NCBI GenBank assembly: GCA_036172245.1
Contig: JAYWIR010000032.1
Location: 1,302,001-1,366,000, forward strand
Direction: 5' to 3'
Source: Raillietiella orientalis
Lineage: Eukaryota
Length of the DNA: 64,000 nt
A program made the position numbers and the translations under genes. Position 1 is the first letter of the stretch, and each line of letters begins with the position of its first letter. Below, piece by piece: positions 12,920-26,324 of this stretch. The notes under the pieces were generated by a model that was not told the DNA's origin, ran no database searches, and saw nothing but the letters and a program-made list of their open reading frames with translations.

Positions 12920-14699
12920 TGTTTTATGCCATTGAGCACATTTGTGAAACATGGCAGCTTCTGTGTAATCAGGACATTCCATCAATAGTAAATGTTTCTC
13001 CCTCAGAAAAAATTTCATATAAACAAATTAATTGAGTTCAACTGGAGTTCTTCTGTAAATTATCTTCCATCCTACATAACATTGCACTGCTCTTGAGAAC
13101 AAACTACATATTCCAATGTCAATTTTTCAAATGACTAAATAAACCATCTTCCTTAGAAAGAAGCCATGCTTCGATTTTGTAATCACTGTAAGCTATACAA
13201 GTCCGACATTGATTACTTTAGAAATAATTAGTTTTTTTTGTGTGTGTTATGTGTACTAAGGTACTATGTGTTCTCCTCCAAGTGGTACTTGGCTTCCTTT
13301 GGGTACATGGAAATCTCTCAATTTCAAACTTTCAGAGAAGATGGTAATCTTCTGCCGTTCACTTGATTTATCCTTTGCATCTTTTTTTTTTTTTCCCAGC
13401 AAGTACGTTGGCATGAAAGTTAGACCAATTCTTAGTAGATATTTGGTTAGTCAGTTCCTCTGCTCAGTTCAAAGAAGTGCATTGCGTAAGATTTGCGAGA
13501 ATTTTCGGCTAAAATGGTCTGCCCTTGCGAGCACTCTTCCTCGTTGCAATGTGGTCTTTCAAATAACCACGAAATCGGGAAGAAATGGATTCTGTCAACA
13601 AATTGGGATTATTCACCAATGTGGACACTATCGCTGTTTGTACAAAGGAACAGGGCAACTGAACAGCCTCAGTCCCTCTATGCATGGTGGGCACCCATCA
13701 GATGGTGCACATTCTCGGCTTTCCCTTGACTCCTTTCCTCCAGATCACAAGTAATTAAAAGTCTGTTGCTGCATCGATGATTAAGCTGCATTTTCCCTGA
13801 GCATGGTCATGTTGAGTTGCAAATTCCGACCGGGAACTTTAAGGAGATTCCAAACAGTATTCCCTTATTTGTTCTTTTCCTTTTCTCGATTTCAAGTAAC
13901 ATTCATAGACTCTGAGTATTGCTCCTTTCTTTAACAGTTTGGTGGCTTCCAATTTCGAACGTTCGATCCTTTGCAGCGTTCGCGTGTGCTGTCTTCACAT
14001 TTAATCACTCTCGCTAATGTACGTACTCCATGGCGTACTATCATTTTGTCCCAAAAATTCAGCATACAGCACAATCATTTATTGAAGAGTTCAATAGTTT
14101 AAATGCTTTTTATGTTGCCTCGCCACACGCTCTCCGTACTCTTAGTTTTATCTCTTCGAAAGCTTAAACTCATCACAAATTTGCAATCTATAAACCCTCG
14201 TTTGTACATCTGATTTCACTAGGAATCTATGCTGGCTCTGAGCTTTTCCGTAAAAAGGCAATAACATCTGTCCATTTAGGATATTTCATTCTGCACTTGG
14301 CACTCTTTATGTGGCAACATCGAATCGTCTTATGAACATTTTGTCCACGAAGGTGCTGATTGCTGTACAAAAATTTTCGTGAAAACACAACCAAAACATG
14401 GACATTTATCTGATGAATTGCGTTGTCTTCCAGGATCTTTAGTTTTACTTTGCATTCTCCTAGAGATGAATTCCTCTCAGTGCTGATGATGCTGGTGGTC
14501 ATACCTTATGGAGATTGAAACAAATTTCAGGCATCAAACACTAAGCTCAAAAATACCTCAGAGTTTAGACTACATCGGCTTTTTTTTCCTTTTACAAAGA
14601 GTGAATGAACGAAAGGAAATCTAAGCTCGCACTTCTCATTCATCCACTGCGCGTGAGTAGAGGTTCGTAGAACAGAGGAGGAAGTGAGCGAAAGATGTG

Positions 14700-16200
14700 T
14701 AGGCAGAGTTTCCACTCATGCAGCAGAGAGGTTGTCCACAACTCTTCGGACTCACTGCTGGTCGCTCCAGCCAGTCTCCATGAAGACTCGCGTCCTTCGG
14801 CACCGTGTGGAAGCAGTGGTACTGCGTCAATCGTGGCTAGTGATCGTGACCTCGTTGGCACTTCAGTGCCTCCCTCGGAAACACCGATGGATTCAAGTTG
14901 AAGTGCACCTCGGCTGATGGCACTGCCATCCCCATCCATGCTGTGAAGCGGCATGATGGCAGCTTCCGCTGGAGGAAGTGCACCTTAGGAACAAAGGAAG
15001 GCAGCATCTTACCTAGTCCAGGAGTACGATTCGTACTTTCTCTAAAGTCGCCTTGGCCATCAGGGAATCGAGGTTCTGTGCGAACCTTCGCGTGTCGGTG
15101 TTAAAAGGTAGGACGTGGTGGCTCCCATGTCCACGAGAACGAGGAGGGTTGTGTGACTGCGTCTCGCGAGAGAACATGGGGAGCCAAGGTCATCTGAAGG
15201 AGAGTGTGGTCCAGTCGTCCGGCAGCATCGTCGTGAGCAAGGCTGACCCGGCTAGGCATTGAGGTGGCGATGCAGTTGAAGCACCTGGGTGTCCCGACCT
15301 GTTGGAAGGAAGGTCTGGTTGCCTTCAGAGGCTGATGAAGCGCTGGATTCGCTTCTGGACGGCAGGTCTTTGCTACCATAGAGGACCTCCATATGGAATC
15401 TCCATTCCCTTTCAGCCACTTCTTTTTGTTGTCCCGGTCTCCTGGTCAGGCGAGTTGAAGGAATCGCCTCCTCCTGAGAGAATCCCTGTGTGGTGCATCA
15501 TGCCCTCGAGTCCCTCAACCTGGAGAGATGGCGGGCTTGTCAGACTCTAGACTGGGACGATAGAGAGAGGGTTCTCGTTCCGGAGGATACGACTACTCAG
15601 TGACCATTGGAACAGGCACTGGGGTCTCCTACTTAGAACATTACTTTCTTACGCGGAGGACAGCGGTGTCAGCTCCTTGTGGACAAGAAGCCTTCATTCA
15701 TGCATCACCCGGATTTTCACTGAAGACGCTGTGTGGTATGCTGCGGATTGATACCTGCATCTCTTTCAGCCCCTCGGATCTCCGTGCTTCGCTGCAAGAA
15801 AACGTGCACACTTGTGCACGTCTGGAAGACTCTGTTCGCTAAGCCCGACCCCCCCCCCCCTTTCGTACTAGAGGCAAAATTACCGTAGAAGCCGTTATGG
15901 GGGGCGCAGAGGATGGAGCTGTGCTTGAAGGACTTCTCTGGAAGTCTTCTGTCTCTCCTTCGGTGTCAGAGAGGACTGTGCAGAAGAAACCAAGTAGGAG
16001 GTGGCCTGAGACTTGGAGGAGGTCTCAGTCCCCCTGGGTCCTGAAGAGCCGGATGCGACGCTGGGTTCCAGAGCGAAAAGACTGGAGCATGGGAATACCC
16101 AGCGGAGTATGTCCCCTGTTGACCTCGGAGCTCCTCCATTGTGCGCTCTCTTTGCACTGGGCGCTCCTAAGCAATACGAGGAGGGATCATGCGTCTAGTG
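14700..16200 (-). mobile_element. Decayed LTR-retrotransposon (Gypsy-like) gag-protease remnant
   Basis: GC-richer island. Minus strand reads TPRCFNC (zinc-knuckle start, about 15272-15292), then VRIVLLD* (aspartic-protease-like, about 15013-15036), in gag-pro order. Many stops and frameshifts; boundaries approximate. Confidence 0.4.
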
Positions 16201-16260
16201 CCGCAGTTTCCTCATCATGCAGTCGGTGAGGAGGGTGCGAAACCCTCCCATACTGGTGCC

Positions 16261-16728
16261 GATCAAAATCCCGAACATCGAAATCCCGAAAGATCAGTGA
16301 AAATATTTATGTATTCATTAAATATGTATTTACTATATGTAAATATACATTAATATACACACTAGACATGTATATTATTTATAATTCTAAATATATATAT
16401 TTAATATATATACTGATACATATGATTAATTATATTAATAGTATGCACGCGAATAAATATAAATAAATATGTGCATTGAAATAAATCTGTGTATCAATCC
16501 ACATTTTTTATAGAATGTATATTTATTTTTATTGCTTTTTATAATGTATATTAATCCACATACAATTGAAGAATATAAAAATGCATACATATTCATCTAT
16601 GCATAAATATATATTCAACATAATTAGATCAATATAGATAGTAATCTATACTTATTTATCCATTTTTATTTTTATATCCATATTTATACATATATATATA
16701 ATTTTTATGATCGTTCGGGATGTTGAGC
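16261..16728. mobile_element. MITE / non-autonomous DNA transposon remnant (Mutator-like by resemblance)
   Basis: Left end GATCAAAATCCCGAACATCGAAATCCCGAAAGATCA with tandem AAATCCCGAA units. Right end TGATCGTTCGGGATGTTGA is an imperfect inverted copy. Interior is extremely AT-rich. Confidence 0.55.
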
Positions 16729-17399
16729 GAAACAACCACCTTTCCTCTATGCTTCCTTTTTATTTTCTGCTGAGCTGTGCTTGGCAACACTCCGTCTTTG
16801 CATACGTTTTTTTCTGTTCAGATAAACTTTCCGGAATTCCCTGCTGATAATCCTCATCCATGCAAATGCTTACTTATTTTTTGAAAGACACGAACCACAT
16901 CTTGAAAATATGTGGAAGTTTAACGTGAAAAAGGAAATGAATTGATTTGTGTACGAACAAAACACCAAGAAAATAAGATTTCTATAGCTGACAGTGCGAA
17001 AAGAGCCACAGGAAATACAATAAAGCACAACTAATTTTTGAAAAGCTGAGAAAAATTTCAAAAATTGAAATTGAGTGGGAACACTGAGTTTATTGAACTG
17101 TAGCACATGAAATGGGGATTTATGATTTACACCAGAAGATCATTATAACCGATGATCATCTATCACGAATGGTAGTTTCATCACATTGCCACCTGATATA
17201 AAGTCTGGAACTCACAACTGCTCCATACTCTGCATGTAATGCCAAATGCATCTGTGATTTGTTTATGGATGCTTACATCTTATATACATAATCTGCTTGC
17301 ACTAATTTTCGCGAATTCTTCCATTCAGATACTTAGACCAATAAAACGAACTTTATGATGACATATAAGGTAGGGATTTCTAAATAAAGCCTACCAAAG

Positions 17400-18000
17400 G
17401 CGAATCGATGGGCGCGCCCATGGGAGCTTCATCGGGGGAAGACGAACTTGAGTCGTCTGGGGATCAACGTGGGTAGGACTTGTAAGCACTTCGGAGTAAT
17501 TATGGATGATGTTGGGACGACAAAAGCGTAGACCGACTGTCTTCGGGAGGAGAAGTCTGGTTATCCGTGGAGGAAGCTTGGGGACTCCTTGAAGAACTAG
17601 CGATTTTCCAAATCTGCATGAACAACTCCGTGATCACTATTGCACTCCAGCACACAATGACTGAGGATTCTTATACACCAAGCGATGCCATCGGTTGATC
17701 CTTGGGAGTTGCTCTCCGAAGTGCAATAAGTATGTTAAGATCGAAACAATTCCACACCTATTGATGGAATGTGGTACCCTTCTGTAGGAATAGGAGACTC
17801 TCGTGCCCAATCCTCACCACATTGCACTTGATAACGCGTTTATTTATTCACCGAAGGCATTGCACTGTCACATGGGTGAGGATCCTGCATTACATCCGCG
17901 GCATGGTCATGGTGCGCTTGAAAAGAGAAAATGTCAAGAAAGCATCGAGTGTCCTTCTGGACACTGCCGGGCTGCGGCATGTCTTCATTTGAAAGCAGCA
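17400..18000 (+). mobile_element. Decayed non-LTR retrotransposon ORF2 C-terminus (CCHC zinc finger)
   Basis: 17710-17772 translates CSPKCNKYVKIETIPHLLMEC, matching the C..C...ET..HL..EC motif at the end of LINE ORF2. Flanked by in-frame stops; boundaries approximate. Confidence 0.55.
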
Positions 18001-19322
18001 TACAGGGAAGACTTCACCCATATGATAAAAACTCATAGTTGGTAGGACTGGGCTGCTCAAATTCCGTTCTACCGCACCCTTTCGTATCCCTCTCTAATCA
18101 TGTACTTTGTTTTTGTCCCTTCTCCTTTGTACGGTATTCTTGGGTAGAACTCTGTGTGAACACCTTGTCTGGCCTTGTCTGGAAGAGTTTATTGAATATT
18201 GGTTGTTGTTTTTTTTCATTAAACGTTCGGAAGAGTTAGGAACTATGGATGAAGGTCCAACTGCAGCTACATCTATAAGTTTTCCATATGCAATTGAAAT
18301 TTCAGTAATAGCGCTTTATTTCCTTAAGTAATACCCTCCCTTCAGTAAGTCTTTTCCCAAGGTATTGCCCTAAATTGGAATTCAATGGAGAAAAGCCTTA
18401 AAAAAAATAAAAAATCATTTATCCGTTTCTGATAAAAGTTGAGTTTCCATTTGTGGATCATATTGAATCACCATGTTGCACAGCTCACGATAAAGATGCA
18501 GACTGAGGTTCTAGACTAATCTTTCTAAATTAGCTGTTCCTATTCTGTTTCACCCAAAGAATGCTGCAAGGGGTCTTCCTAGTTATGTCACTTACGAGTC
18601 TTGCAATACGTACAAGGCGATACTCGGGAATTTTTCGATTTTGCAAAGGAGGAAACGAATTTTATCCTAGAATGGAGCAAAGGCTTGAAGAAGCTCAAAG
18701 TTTACTTGGACGACATTATGCAACTGGAATCAAGTGTGACATCTTAGACAGTTTCATCACCTCCGACACCGCAGTAACTGATTGAACCCAATCACATGTT
18801 GACTCGGGGTGACCGTTCCTTCTCTCAGGTTCAACTCCGTGGCTGTTTTGATTCTCAGATGGCACTCAAACTTCATGTTCCTAGACACTGAAGGGTTCTG
18901 ATGGAGCCTGCGTTTGCTGTTTACCTAACCTCCTGAGGCGTATTTGCAAAGTCAAGTAGTTTTGTGATCTCGAGAGTCGGACCAATTATTTACTTCACTT
19001 ATTTTCACCACAGCGATGTGATTGACCATTGGACACGTGTTAATGAACAGAGTTCTTCCTGAATCAATCACGAGTGCATTGCATAAATTGCAACTTGCCA
19101 TCACAGGACTCCCAATAATTTGTTTTACTCATTAAAATCGTTTATTTAATTTCATTAATCGAATTGGCAGATGTCTGAGATTCACGATTAATTCTAAATG
19201 AAACGGTAATAAATAAATGCCAAAAAACATTTCAATAATGGCAAACAATATTTCTACAGAAAAGAACGCCTTCGAAATTCTGACCAATGAAAGTATCTCG
19301 TATGGAATAGTAGATCACTACA

Positions 19323-21077
19323 ATGTTTTCACGTGTGGGTGCCATCGTTTGCAAACATCGTTGCTACAATTTGCTGCAAAGATGGAACAGTTCCTTGGTA
19401 AGTGCTGTTATGTGGTTCAAAGTGCCACATGCCTCTGTAGCCACCATTAACCACAAGCAAGTATCCACATCTCAGACGAGGTGCCTATAAGCAGGTGGAA
19501 GGTGAAGACATTCAGTATTTCAAATCCATTTTGGATGATGGCCGAGTGGTAACAGATCAAGATGAACTTCTCTTTCGAAATATTGACTGGATGAAGAGCT
19601 TGAGAGGTAATTTGTTTTCTTGCGCCTGTTTATAGATAAGTAGGTTCCAGCAGAGTTTTGCTGAAACCTCATAGTGCAGAAGAAATTTCTGGCATCTTGC
19701 AATACTGCAATGCTAAAGCTCTTGCAATCTGCCCACAAGCCGGAAACACGAGTTTGGTCGGAGGTAGTGTGCCTGTTTTTGATGAAATCATTTTGTGCAC
19801 GGAAAAACTAAATAAAATAATAAGCTTTGATGAAACCACTGGTAATATATGTGTAGCCAAACTCAAGTGTTTTTAAAGATATTGTAAATAGGTATCCTTC
19901 ATTGTGAAGCAGGTTGTATACTAGAGCAGTTGGATGCTTTCGTAGCACAGCATAATTTTATGATGCCACTTGATTTGGGAGCCAAAGGCAGCTGCCAGAT
20001 AGGTGGCAACGTATCTACCAATGCTGGAGGTTTACGATTTATACGTTATGGTGGTCTGCATGGCACTACTATAGGGCTAGAAATTGTCCTGGCAGAAGGC
20101 ACAGTCATAAATTGCATGTCTGGTTTAAGAAAGGATAACACAGGATATGATTTGAAGCATCTGTTTATAGGTTCTGAGGGTACACTGGGAATTGTGACCA
20201 AAGTAGCCATCCAGTGTCCCATCAGGCCTAAGGTACTCAGTGTAGCTCTCCTTGGTAAATGATGCAAGGCACAAGCCAAATATTTACTCTTAAAGGATTA
20301 CAAACATTTCAGTCAGCAATAACCTGCCTTCAGCTATGCCGAGACAAGTTAGGAGAAATATTATCTTCTTGTGAATTTTTGGATTACCAATGTATGGAAG
20401 CAGTTGCAAGTCACTTGCATCAGTCATCCCCAATAGGAGATTTTCCATTTTACATGCTAGTAGAGGCAGCAGGATCTTTAGAAAGTAATGTTCAGCAGAG
20501 AATGGCAGATTGCATTTCGGATGCTATTGAGCACAGAATCATAGAGAATGGCACTATTTCCAGTAATCTCACCCAGTACAAGGTATAGGGCTTAATAGAT
20601 ACTGTTAATTGTGTTAGAATATCTGGCGTTTTAGGGAAGAAATACCAGAAGCATTACTATCTGTGGGTTATTGTTATAAATATGATATCTCATTGCCTCT
20701 TGCAAAATTTTACGAGGTTGTTTCAGTTATGAAAGAACGACTTGAAGGCCAGGCTATCATTCATTGCTGTGGATATGGTCACTTAGGTTGGTATTTGTTA
20801 AGGTGCCCAGTCACTTATGATAGCAGGTGATGGAAATATACATTTTAATGTAACAAGCAAAACATATGACCAAGAAGTTCAAGAAGCATCTCTGCCCTTT
20901 CTTTATGAATGGGTAGCAGAACAACAGGGAAGTATCAGTGCTGAACATGGCATAGGATTGCATAAACGAGATTATCTCAAGTATTCTCAGTTTCCTGAGA
21001 ACATCAATCTGATGAAGCAGTTGAAGTCTCTGTTGGATCCACATTCTATTTTGAATCCATATAAACTGTTTCCCTAG
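19323..21077 (+). CDS. D2HGDH: D-2-hydroxyglutarate dehydrogenase, mitochondrial
   Basis: Exons 19323-19397, 19441-19606, 19644-19841, 19892-20254, 20296-20582, 20618-20786, 20827-21077. Transit-peptide-like N-terminus. Motifs [92 protein letters not shown]. Confidence 0.97.
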
Positions 21078-23639
21078 TCATGGAAAGTACATGCAAATAG
21101 ATTATATTTATAATTTATGATCCTCATATTGCAATATATTATCAGGGGGTACCAAGCACAAATGTGGTTCATGGTACTTTCTAGGTGGATCTTCCTTAAT
21201 ATACTTTGCTGCAGCCAACTGAGTTAAAACCTAAACAATGTGGTTATGCAAAGGATATAATCATATGAGAGCTTACTTTAAAAGTTCGTGGCTCCCATAT
21301 TGCTAAATTCATGAGTGCTTTTCTGTCCAACTGGATGTTACACATTGCAAGTCCTTCCAAAAGAACCTTTAATGTTATTCCTAACTCATTACATGCACCA
21401 TGTAACCTATCCTCTGTTAGCTAATGTCATCCGAAGAATATTTTTCCATGAATTGTACTTACTAATCTAAATTCAATTTTTTTAATTTTTCTTCCAACAG
21501 TTGCATACTGCAAGGCCCGGTGCACTTTTCGAATCGCAAGACTATAACAGTTTCGAATTCTTCCATAAAAATGCTTCAGAAAATGCATACAATAGTTTAG
21601 TTTCATGCTTATCACATGCTCCAGGGTTACAATTCAGAAAGTTGAATATGATGACTTCAACATTAGAATCAAATGAAAATATTCAAATACTTACAGCGGA
21701 TAATTTCAAGATCCGTCGCCTCTTGAAATAATTACATGGCTTTGGTGCTCTTACGAGCAAGATGTTGTTTAGAAAAACCATTCTCAGGTAGCTCTCAATA
21801 GATGCTGCCTCAATTCTGACCAAATCACAGCACGTGGTTGCCAAGTGTGTCTACCAAAAAATAAGATAACTTGCACGGCGAAAAAATCATTCAGTTACTT
21901 TTCTCAAAGAACCGCTATCATCAACGCTATGATCCATTCTCTTATCATATCCATATTTTGTAGTATGTTTCCTTAGAAGCTAGAGTTTCTATTCTTTTAT
22001 AGCATACTACTGAAGCTATTTTGAATTTGCATCTTCCAATTCACAGACGTTATGAATTGCTTTAAGGGGTTTCTTTTATCTTCATATCAAAATTTTTACT
22101 CTCCAGCACCAACGTACTTTTAAAATACATGCTAAAAAAATTCATAAATAACAGATTCTCCTTTTCTTTTCCGAAGGGACAGTTGTTTTTCACAAGGGGC
22201 ACAAAAGTGCTCCAAAAACGGAAATTCAAAGTTACAAACGAAAACTATCTATACATCACTTCTCTGTCTCGAACCGAGTAATTTATTTGAAAGAAGATTC
22301 CTCTTAATTTGTGGAGGCTTCTTCATTTCATGAATCTAAGCATCTTGAGAAGAATGCAAGTTTCATAAACTGCCAACGAGGCCATACGACAATGATATGC
22401 ATCGTTTTACTTTACACTTAAGCAAACAAGAGTCGAATTTCCATTTATTTATTTTCCATTAAGAGCTTTAATCCAGTCCCAGTGTGTTTGAATGTGATTT
22501 GTTTTGACTTGGTGCATTATCTTACAAGTACATAATCGAATATCCTGTTCCATTCCGTCTTAATGAACTTCTGAGATTTTCATGCGAATCGAATTAAAAA
22601 ACAAGATGGATTACTTTTCTGTATTAAGGTATTCAATTCGAATGCGCGCATGCGACAAATAACAAAATTATTTTTGCAGAGCTTAATGAATCTTGCTATA
22701 TATTGATATGTTGAAGGAGTGTAACTTGACATAAGGATATGCTAAGATTTTTTTTTTATTTTTACAAAAATTATTAGAAGAGATTTTAAAGCTTCCTGCC
22801 CACTAATCATATATAAAATCACTCCACTTTTAAGTAGCTTTTTAAAATGAATATGTCAAAAGCATTTACATACATACATATATATACATATATAATAAAT
22901 AAAATTGACGTGTATCCATATATGTATGTCAAGTTTATTTCTTCTTCGTTCACTCACGACACTTAACATCCCATGAAATAATCTTAAAATTAGGTATTAC
23001 AGTATCTTTAGAAAGTAATTTTAGCATCGTTCATTGCAAATGCTGTTTTTTGATTGCTTCCAACGTCTTCTTTTGAATCCTGTTTCGATTCTCTTAACAC
23101 TCTGGGTGTTTGGACTTTGGGACTCTGAAGGCGGAAAAAAATACTGCGAGCCGTGGCAACCACTGAGGTTTTATGTGTGGTGGCATAAAGTATCCTTCGT
23201 GATGCGTTTTTTTCCTTCGGTCTTTCACCTTTTTTCACAGAGATTAGCAGATCGGAAGCAGGACGTTGGGATCACGTCACATATGAAGAAAATGCAACAA
23301 CTGAGCACTGGTCAGGAGTCTGCAAGTCGGAAAATGTGAGACCGAAAGCGAAATAAGAACTCCTAGACGCACCAAGGGATTCGAAGAACTTGCATGAGGT
23401 CACCCATGTAAGGAAATCGATGCTCGTCGTGCATCTGTGATGTAGGAAAGAAAAGAATTTGTCTCCATAGGAAAGGTTCATTAAAGCGAAGCAGATGAAG
23501 ATGATGTGAAACCGAAAGCCAAAGAAGGGCTTGAAGTATAGATGCTAAGAAATGGCTGAATTGGGGGATTCGGTAAAAGATTAGCAGGAATGGTCACCGG
23601 CTAGTACACACGATGGTTTTCTCGAACTTTTAGTGAGCG

Positions 23640-24270
23640 TTTGAAAAAGCAAAAGCACGAGTATTCGCATATTTACCCACCGGAGAACATGAAACCCCCT
23701 TTCAACGTATTTACGAATCCAGGAGCGCTGGATAATCGTGGAATCTTCCCGGTGTTCGTATTTGCTAAGGGAGCAAGAAGGCCACAGTTCAGCTCCGGAG
23801 ATCACCGCACCTCCTCTAAAGGGCAATCGATTCTTAAGGGGACACCGTAGCTCAAGAGTGGGGGTGGCGAAAAAGCTTCTGGGGAGCGTCTCCAAACCTG
23901 ATCACCCACAAACCGGAAACAACGGGCGCGAAACGATTCCCAAACTACCCGGACAGGTGTTAGTATGAGAAAACGCGAAACTGCTTCGGGCACAGATCTC
24001 CAGATCGAAAGGCTGTGGGCGTCCCAGTGAGCCTGTGACCAACCCCAGCCCCCGCAAACATGCTAAGATGCGCCCAATGAAGCTCATGCCTGCCCAAGGG
24101 CAAAAAGTGACTTGAAATATGTTTCTTGCCGCTCTCTCTACCTGCACCGAGATCAAACAACACCCACGTATGAAGTGAGGAGGGACTGCGTGCGCTTTGC
24201 ACCAAGGGCCCTCCTGCCCTGAGAAGGGCACAGAATTCTTCACGCTGCGATTCGCAGGGCGATTTGCACA
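23640..24270 (+). mobile_element. Decayed Gypsy-like integrase remnant
   Basis: SKPDHPQTG.NG.E (about 23890-23932) resembles the rve motif S.PYHPQTNG..ER. Downstream LRFAGRF (about 24245-24265) resembles the GPY/F motif. Frameshifted. Confidence 0.4.
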
Positions 24271-24918
24271 CAGGAATTTTTTTCATTTCTCGCACAAACA
24301 CACACACCCACCCACCCTGCAGTCCCCCCCCCCCCCAGTCATGTCGGTGAATTCCTTACGGCTGAAAAGACCACAAGATGCATACGGAAATCGTCCAGAT
24401 AACGTAATCCGCAGAAAACGAAACGGACGGTGCCGTCAGGCATGGGAGGGCGGTATTCGAGACAAATGTCGCCAGACGAAAGTGTGCTGTACGTGGGGCT
24501 TTGAAGAGTACATTTACACCCCCACCTTCGGTGAACCGCGACAGATCCTTCAGAGTCCACACACAGTATCCTACCTGGGATCCAAGAACACGACAATACC
24601 GAAATGCCCCGTCCTTCACTTGAAGGAAATGCCCTCTGCTCACCTGCTGTTTATGCTTGGGTAAAACGAAACACACGAGTTGTGACGGCGATAAATGGGC
24701 ACATATGCATTGAAAGTGCATCCGAAAACTCTCAAGACATGTGACTCCCCTTGTCCATATACACATGCTGCTGTGTGCATGTCACATTCATTTTAAAAAC
24801 ACGGTGGCAGAAAAAGACAGAAGGATTCGAAGCATTCTCTCGATTTTATTGGCTAAACCGCTCACAATTAATCCAATTGCGGAACAAAATAAATTTGATT
24901 ATAATATTCTTGTATAGC

Positions 24919-26324
24919 TCATTTTTTTGGTTTGATTTTGTCAAGTGGTAGATCAAATTCGGAATCATTGATGTTCAGCATTAGGGAACCTGTGCTAAGA
25001 TAGACTTTGTTCTGAGACTGGGCAATCTGCAACAAATTTGACATATGAAGTCAGTGGCAGGCACAATTTAACTTACTGTTTTGGCTATGTGCTGGGATGC
25101 ACGAATTTTACGTAGCTTCAAGTAACCTGGGTTTTTACTAATAGCTTCCCCTAAGTACATGATTAAGGTACATACAGGTTGTAAGCAGTGGAGCATCATA
25201 TCAAAAATCAGATTACTAAAGCATGATCATATGACAGGCAAACAAGCACCCAGCAATTTCCACCAATAATGTGTGCCAACTCTCATGTTGTTTTTTCCCT
25301 TGCACTAACAACTAAAGGAGACATGAGCAATTGCTTTGCCTTTGGTTTTACAGCTCGCAGTTGTTCAGTACTGCAGCCAAGAATCCAGAGGCCTCAACTG
25401 GGAAACTTGCTAATAACCTTTCTCACACTTATGTATCATCATTTGAATACAACACAACGTGCTAAATGAAAAGGATATCATTTGTGCTGCTTGTGCTTCA
25501 CCTTCTGCTTGCACAATCTTCTGTTGTCTCTCTTGCTTTGCTCTTTCAACATAGAATGCTGCCCGCTGAGCCTCTTGGTGGGCAACCTATCATATGTGTC
25601 ACCTCATGAATCAACAAAACACAAAGGAAAATACTTGTTTTGATTCCACAGCAGCAGTATATTCCTTACTGAAACTAAGTTCAGTAATGGATACGTCATC
25701 AAGAATGATATTGAAGTCTTTAGCACGTTCTACCAGCTGTTTGCGTACCAACAAAGATACTTGTTGGCGCTGTGTGATCAGCTGAGATGCATTAAATTTA
25801 GCCACCACACTCTTGAGCACTTCATTACAAATAGATGGAAGCACTCGTTCATCATAATCCAAACCCAAGTGGCGATACATTACAGGAAGTTGATCAGCAC
25901 GAGGTCGGGACAGAACTCGCAAAGAAATGTTCACCATTTGTAAATCCTTGCTACCAGTAGGTGACGAAATCTTTCGGGGACGTGATCTGAGATTTCACTT
26001 GGATGAAAGCTTGCATCTGGAATGCACTTACCGAATATCAAACACAATTGGATGCTGAAACCAAGGAATCCGAAAATGAAGACCTTCTGCATATATCTGA
26101 CTTCCTATGCCTCCAATCCGGTTAAACATGATTGCTCGATGGCCTCCATCCACTATAAATGCATGCATCTTTTATCTATGCAAAGATTTGTTACCTGTAA
26201 ACAATGACTGTGAAATACCAACAGCTGAAAGCCCTGCCGCAGCTAAAAGTGTAAATGCTGTGCTCATGCCCTGGGGACCTTTCCCCATCCTTCCAAATAA
26301 ATCACTCAGCTTACTTTGTGCCAT
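24919..26324 (-). CDS. PHB2: Prohibitin-2
   Basis: Exons 26324-26195, 26152-26032, 25986-25635, 25586-25479, 25154-25077, 25026-24919. Translation [20 protein letters not shown]...[15 protein letters not shown]...[21 protein letters not shown]...[13 protein letters not shown]...[12 protein letters not shown]. Confidence 0.97.
25155..25478 (-). other. U12-type (minor spliceosome) AT-AC intron of PHB2
   Basis: Minus strand: donor ATATCCTTTT starting at 25478, branch-site-like TACCTTAAT (25170-25162), terminal AC at 25156-25155. Removal joins ...[16 protein letters not shown] in frame. Confidence 0.95.
25201..25447 (-). ncRNA. U85-like composite box C/D-H/ACA scaRNA (predicted guide for U5 snRNA loop-1 2'-O-methylation and pseudouridylation)
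   Basis: C box ATGATGA (25442-25436). D box CTGA (25211-25208) is preceded by CTTTAGTAAT, antisense to U5 UUACUAAAG. Internal hairpin GCCTCTGG/CCAAAGGC has pocket TTCTT...GTAAAA, 14 nt before H box AAAGCA (25337-25332). Second hairpin CTCATGT/ACATGAG, then ACA (25274-25272). Confidence 0.9.

Noticed and set aside
13266..14500. Possible DNA-transposase remnant (RKSARKGRP)
   Set aside because: A single weak motif; no catalytic triad or terminal repeats.
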